48,000 nucleotides of DNA, from contig CALRKB020000022.1 of NCBI GenBank assembly GCA_943367755.1, forward strand, positions 18,020 to 66,019, given 5' to 3'. The stretch comes from Rhizobium sp. Q54. GTDB lineage: Bacteria; Cyanobacteriota; Cyanobacteriia; Pseudanabaenales; Pseudanabaenaceae. Below, in pieces: positions 44,608-48,000 of this stretch (positions within the stretch are counted from its first letter, which is position 1; every line of letters starts with the position of its first letter). The notes beneath the pieces were generated by a model that searched no databases, had not been told where the DNA came from, and saw only the letters and a program-made list of their open reading frames with translations. Made by a program: the position numbers and the translations under genes.

Positions 44608-45531
44608 CTAAACTGTACCACTGACTTCCACAATCACCGATCGCAACCACTGGCAGTCAGAGGAATTGTCAGTACTGCGATGCCAACGCATAAATACTGA
44701 AAAAGCATCGAGGGGGAGCGGCAGTGGTAGAAGCTTCAGACCTCGATCTCCGATAAAGGTCTGTGCCACCCTTTCAGCGAGAGTAGCCACCAGATCGGTC
44801 TGCGCCAGAATATACGGTGCTGTGAGAAAATGTGGAATGGAAAGTGCAATATGCCGTTTTAGATTCTGCTTGGCCAGCAAGCTGTCCACACGTCCAACTC
44901 GATCTTCCTTAATCGAAACCAGGAGATGAGAGGCAGTGAGATATTCCTCTAATGATAAGGAATTCTCAAGCGTGGGACGATCGCGACGGCATACGCAAAC
45001 ATAGTTATCTTGAAACAGAAACTGTTCTTTGTGCCACTGAATTTGCTCGGGAAAGAATCCACACGCTAGATCGATTTCACCACTATCCATCAAGGAAAAC
45101 AGTTTTTGCCGATCGCCAGATCTGATCTGCAAGCTAACATTGGGAGCGATCGCTTGGAGAGTTTGCATTAATTTCGGTAGTAACGTGAATTCTACATAGT
45201 CCGACATGCCAACCGCAAAGACGCGATCGCTCATAACTGGATTAAAGGTTGGTCGATCTAGCAGAGCCGCTTGAATTTGCTGCAAGGTGGGGTGCAATTG
45301 TTGCGCCAGTGCGATCGCTTTAGGAGTTGCGCGTAATCCTGCGGTTGTTCTCACAAACAACTCATCCCCAACTAAATTGCGCAACCGAGACAGCGCATTA
45401 CTGGTAGCGGGCTGGCTCAAGCCCAATCGTTTGCCCGCACGAGTGACATGCTGCTCCGTCATCAAAGCATCAAAGACAACCAGTAGGTTTAAATCAATGC
45501 CAGCAAGATTGATATGGTGAATATCGCTCAT
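44608..45531 (-). CDS. LysR-family transcriptional regulator
   Basis: HTH region DLNLLVVFDALMTEQHVTRAGKRLGLSQPATSNALSRLR followed by a LysR substrate-binding domain. I prefer the ATG at 45531 (MSDIHH) over the ORF-track start at 45624, which would overlap the divergent gene. Confidence 0.9.
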   Translation of the reverse strand: MSDIHHINLAGIDLNLLVVFDALMTEQHVTRAGKRLGLSQPATSNALSRLRNLVGDELFVRTTAGLRATPKAIALAQQLHPTLQQIQAALLDRPTFNPVMSDRVFAVGMSDYVEFTLLPKLMQTLQAIAPNVSLQIRSGDRQKLFSLMDSGEIDLACGFFPEQIQWHKEQFLFQDNYVCVCRRDRPTLENSLSLEEYLTASHLLVSIKEDRVGRVDSLLAKQNLKRHIALSIPHFLTAPYILAQTDLVATLAERVAQTFIGDRGLKLLPLPLPLDAFSVFMRWHRSTDNSSDCQWLRSVIVEVSGTV

Positions 45532-45612
45532 ATAAATTATCCATTGGACAAATCTATAATGCTCGATCCAGGATAGATTGGTGAAGTTTTTGCAATTTAG
45601 GACAGCAATGCC

Positions 45613-46332
45613 GTGAGTAAGCAAATTTTAACGATCGTGGCAAACCCCTCAATTTCAACCACATTAGGATGGCCTGTGGGATTCTGGGCATCAGAACTAA
45701 TTCATCCCTATGATGTATTCACCAAAGCTGGCTTTCAGGTGACGATCGCTAGCCCTAACGGCGGTAAAGTTGAGTTTGATAGCCTCAGCGATCCGCGCGA
45801 TGCATCTGGTTATTCCAAAGCCGACACCCTTTCTCTGGAGTACATAAACCAGCCTGCATTCATGCAATTGCTGGAAAACACCCCAGAGATCGCCACGCTG
45901 AACCCAACAGACTTTGATGCGATCGTTGTGTGTGGTGGGCAATCCCCCATGTTCACATTTAGACAAAACGCCGCCCTAGCGGATTTATTCATGCAATTCT
46001 ACACAGCTAACAAACCTAGTGCAGCCCTCTGTCACGGCACTTGTTTGCTCCTGGAAACTCGACTTGCCAACGGATCGCCCCTGATTCAGGGTAAGACGAT
46101 TACAGGCTTTGCCAACAGCGAAGAAGACTATGCCGATCAGGTTGTAGGACAAAAGGTGATGCCATTCCGCATTGAGGATGAAGCTACCAAACTGGGGGCT
46201 GATTTTGTCACCAAAACTGCATTTACCCCCTATGCCGTACGGGACGGACTCCTGATTACCGGGCAGCAGCAAAACTCTGGTGCAGAGACTGCCAAATTAG
46301 TATTGGAAGTATTGAGCGCAATCGGAGATTAA
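45613..46332 (+). CDS. DJ-1/PfpI-family (type 1 glutamine amidotransferase-like) protein
   Basis: 239 aa (GTG start) with FDAIVVCGGQSP and a nucleophile-elbow-like SAALCHGTCLL. It is divergent from the LysR gene. Confidence 0.8.
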   Translation: MSKQILTIVANPSISTTLGWPVGFWASELIHPYDVFTKAGFQVTIASPNGGKVEFDSLSDPRDASGYSKADTLSLEYINQPAFMQLLENTPEIATLNPTDFDAIVVCGGQSPMFTFRQNAALADLFMQFYTANKPSAALCHGTCLLLETRLANGSPLIQGKTITGFANSEEDYADQVVGQKVMPFRIEDEATKLGADFVTKTAFTPYAVRDGLLITGQQQNSGAETAKLVLEVLSAIGD

Positions 46333-46334
46333 TC

Positions 46335-46970
46335 ATGAAAATTACATTTATTGGGATTGGACAGGTGGGTTCTGCCCTGGCAGGACGATTGCTGGAGTTG
46401 GGACACACCGTCACGATTGCTGCCCGCGATCCCAATTCAAACAGTGTCAAAACTGCACTTGCCAGATTCCCTGGGTTGAGAGTTCTATCGCCTCAAGTCG
46501 CGATCGCAGAGGCGGAGGTGATTTTCCTGGCTACTCCATTTAGCGCCAATCGGGCCGCTCTTGTTGAAGTGGGCGATCTATCCAGCAAAATTCTGGTTGA
46601 TTGCACCAATCCCGTGGGTGCAAATCTCAGCCACGGTCTCCAAAGCACCCAATCCGGCAGCGAACTCGTACAAAGCTTTGTGCCTAATGCCAAGGTAGTG
46701 AAGGCGTTCACAATCTATGGATTTGAGAACTTTGAGAATAGTATCTATCCTGGCTATGGCAACCTCAAACCAGCCATGCTAATTGCTGGGAATGATGCAA
46801 CGGCTAAGCAAGTCGTCGCATCACTTTGCCAAGACTTGGGTTGGGAACCCGTCGATACAGGCGATCTTTCCATGAGCTTACATCTGGAACATATGACGCT
46901 CCTGTGGATTCAGATGGCGAGAGTTCAGGGGCTGGGCTCTGGGTTTGTATGGGCAAAGCTTCAGAGGTAA
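46335..46970 (+). CDS. NAD(P)-binding oxidoreductase (NADPH-dependent F420 reductase-like fold)
   Basis: N-terminal Rossmann motif MKITFIGIGQVGSALAGRLLELGHTVTIAARD. 211 aa, starting 2 nt after the previous stop. Confidence 0.75.
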   Translation: MKITFIGIGQVGSALAGRLLELGHTVTIAARDPNSNSVKTALARFPGLRVLSPQVAIAEAEVIFLATPFSANRAALVEVGDLSSKILVDCTNPVGANLSHGLQSTQSGSELVQSFVPNAKVVKAFTIYGFENFENSIYPGYGNLKPAMLIAGNDATAKQVVASLCQDLGWEPVDTGDLSMSLHLEHMTLLWIQMARVQGLGSGFVWAKLQR

Positions 46971-47100
46971 CCCAAAAAATTCAGCTGCATAAAGTTCCGA
47001 CTTTGATGGTAGAGCCTCGGGTATAAGCTAGTACCTAGTATTATGGATATCAAGCGCCGATACATTTCGGAAAAGCCAAGCCAGCTAGAGGAAGATATCA

Positions 47101-47724
47101 ATGGTTGCGATCTCCAATAAAACACTCACCTTTGAAGAATTTCTAGATTGGGATGATGCTTCCGACAGGTCGTTCGAGCTGATTAACGGAGTAGCCATGC
47201 CCCTAAGCGAACCCAACGCCAAACATGAGGATGTAGTTGATGGGCTATGTCGTCTTTTAGCTAACCATTGCCAGGCACTTACCTTACCCTATATTCCCCG
47301 ACAGGGTAAGCAGGTCAGACTCAAAACACCCTACGGAGAAAATGAGTCCAGTCGCAAAGCAGACATTGTAGTTTTCCACAAGGAAGAATGGGAAAGAATG
47401 CGCCAAAGTTCTGCCTCAGCCGCAGCCTATATCGCACCACCATTAGCGATCGAGGTTGTCAGTACCAATTGGCGCGATGATTATCGAATCAAATTGAATG
47501 AGTACGAAACCTTGGGGGTGCTGGAGTATTGGATTGTCGATTATGCTGGTCTGGGTGGCGTGCAATATATTGGATCGCCTAAGCAGCCTACTGTGACAGT
47601 CAATCGCTTAATAGATGACGAATATCAAGCCCAGCAGTATCAAGGAGATATCCCCATCATTTCGCCAACATTTCCGCAATTGGAGCTATCCACAAGCCAA
47701 ATCGTTGCCATGACCGAAAGTTGA
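47101..47724 (+). CDS. Uma2-family (DUF820) endonuclease-like protein
   Basis: TFEEFLDWDD...FELINGV...KHEDVV...KADIVVF...PLAIEVVSTNWRDDYRIKLNEYETLGVLEYWIVDY is the PD-(D/E)xK pattern typical of this abundant cyanobacterial family. Confidence 0.85.
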   Translation: MVAISNKTLTFEEFLDWDDASDRSFELINGVAMPLSEPNAKHEDVVDGLCRLLANHCQALTLPYIPRQGKQVRLKTPYGENESSRKADIVVFHKEEWERMRQSSASAAAYIAPPLAIEVVSTNWRDDYRIKLNEYETLGVLEYWIVDYAGLGGVQYIGSPKQPTVTVNRLIDDEYQAQQYQGDIPIISPTFPQLELSTSQIVAMTES

Positions 47725-47868
47725 GCGCAGAAAAACTGCGCCTTGCCCCATCGTGCTGAAGACATCGGTGAAACTGAGTGCTACGCTTTATGGTGAAAAT
47801 ATGGTTAAGAGGCAATAATTTAATTGAAACCAACAAGCCCTGCCATAAGCTCTTAAGATCCTAAATAT

Positions 47869-48000
47869 ATGAATTCTGCCCAAGCCCTTACTCATCTTGA
47901 CGAAACAGGTACTGTCCGTATGGTTGATGTCTCTGCTAAGGAGCCAACCCTGCGACGCGCGATCGCCAGTTGCGAAATTGCGATGCAAACTACCACCCTG
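47869..48000 (+). CDS. moaC: Cyclic pyranopterin monophosphate synthase, N-terminal part (runs off the window)
   Basis: Hand translation gives MNSAQALTHLDETGTVRMVDVSAKEPTLRRAIASCEIAMQTTTL, matching the MoaC N-terminus (LTHxxxxGxxxMVDVSxKxxTxRxA). Confidence 0.7.
   Translation, partial: MNSAQALTHLDETGTVRMVDVSAKEPTLRRAIASCEIAMQTTTL

Noticed and set aside
45532-45624. N-terminal extensions of the ORF-track models for the LysR gene (45532..45624), the sbnB-like gene (20962..21033), the sbnA-like gene (22095..22163) and the DMT gene (34220..34252)
   Set aside because: The extensions lack family similarity and would overlap neighbouring genes or promoters. Internal ATGs align with where the homologous families start.
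1-48000. Search for CRISPR arrays, tRNA/rRNA genes and integrase/att sites
   Set aside because: I found no regularly spaced direct repeats (the frequent GCGATCGC palindromes are HIP1, not CRISPR), no T-loop (GGTTCGAATCC-type) signatures, no rRNA-like segments and no integrase ORF.

Overview
Cyanobacterial chromosomal segment; the HIP1 octamer GCGATCGC is frequent. Left to right: a 5'-truncated GAF sensor gene; a small secreted-protein gene that recurs, inverted, about 33.7 kb away; a pentapeptide-repeat membrane protein; a HigBA-type toxin-antitoxin pair. Next is a minus-strand NRPS operon: sbnA/sbnB-like L-2,3-diaminopropionate genes, three NRPS genes with four modules (A-T-C-A-T, C-A-T, C-A-T-TE) and an MFS exporter. 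Then an 890-bp AT-rich spacer, pepA, and a plus-strand RiPP operon: Nif11-like precursor, orphan 370-aa gene, single-domain squalene-hopene-cyclase/prenyltransferase-repeat protein with a DxDDTA motif, PatD/LynD-like fused E1-YcaO heterocyclase, SagB-type azoline oxidase, SyrD-type ABC exporter. After that come a DMT transporter, a NurA-like nuclease and a DDE transposase remnant. The rest looks ordinary: multicopper oxidase, DnaJ-domain protein, eda, radical SAM, TPR-FGE protein, LysR regulator with a divergent DJ-1/reductase pair, Uma2 endonuclease, and the start of moaC. The best candidate for something undescribed is the RiPP operon. It uses cyanobactin-type azole machinery but has no PatA/PatG proteases, has a chimeric leader, and has two extra genes, one with the class II terpene-cyclase fold. 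Second is the NRPS cluster: three near-identical A domains carry a diamino-acid-type specificity code and sit next to Dap biosynthesis genes. All calls come from reading the ORF translations and the DNA by eye. No database search was run, and family assignments rest on motifs I recognise from memory.
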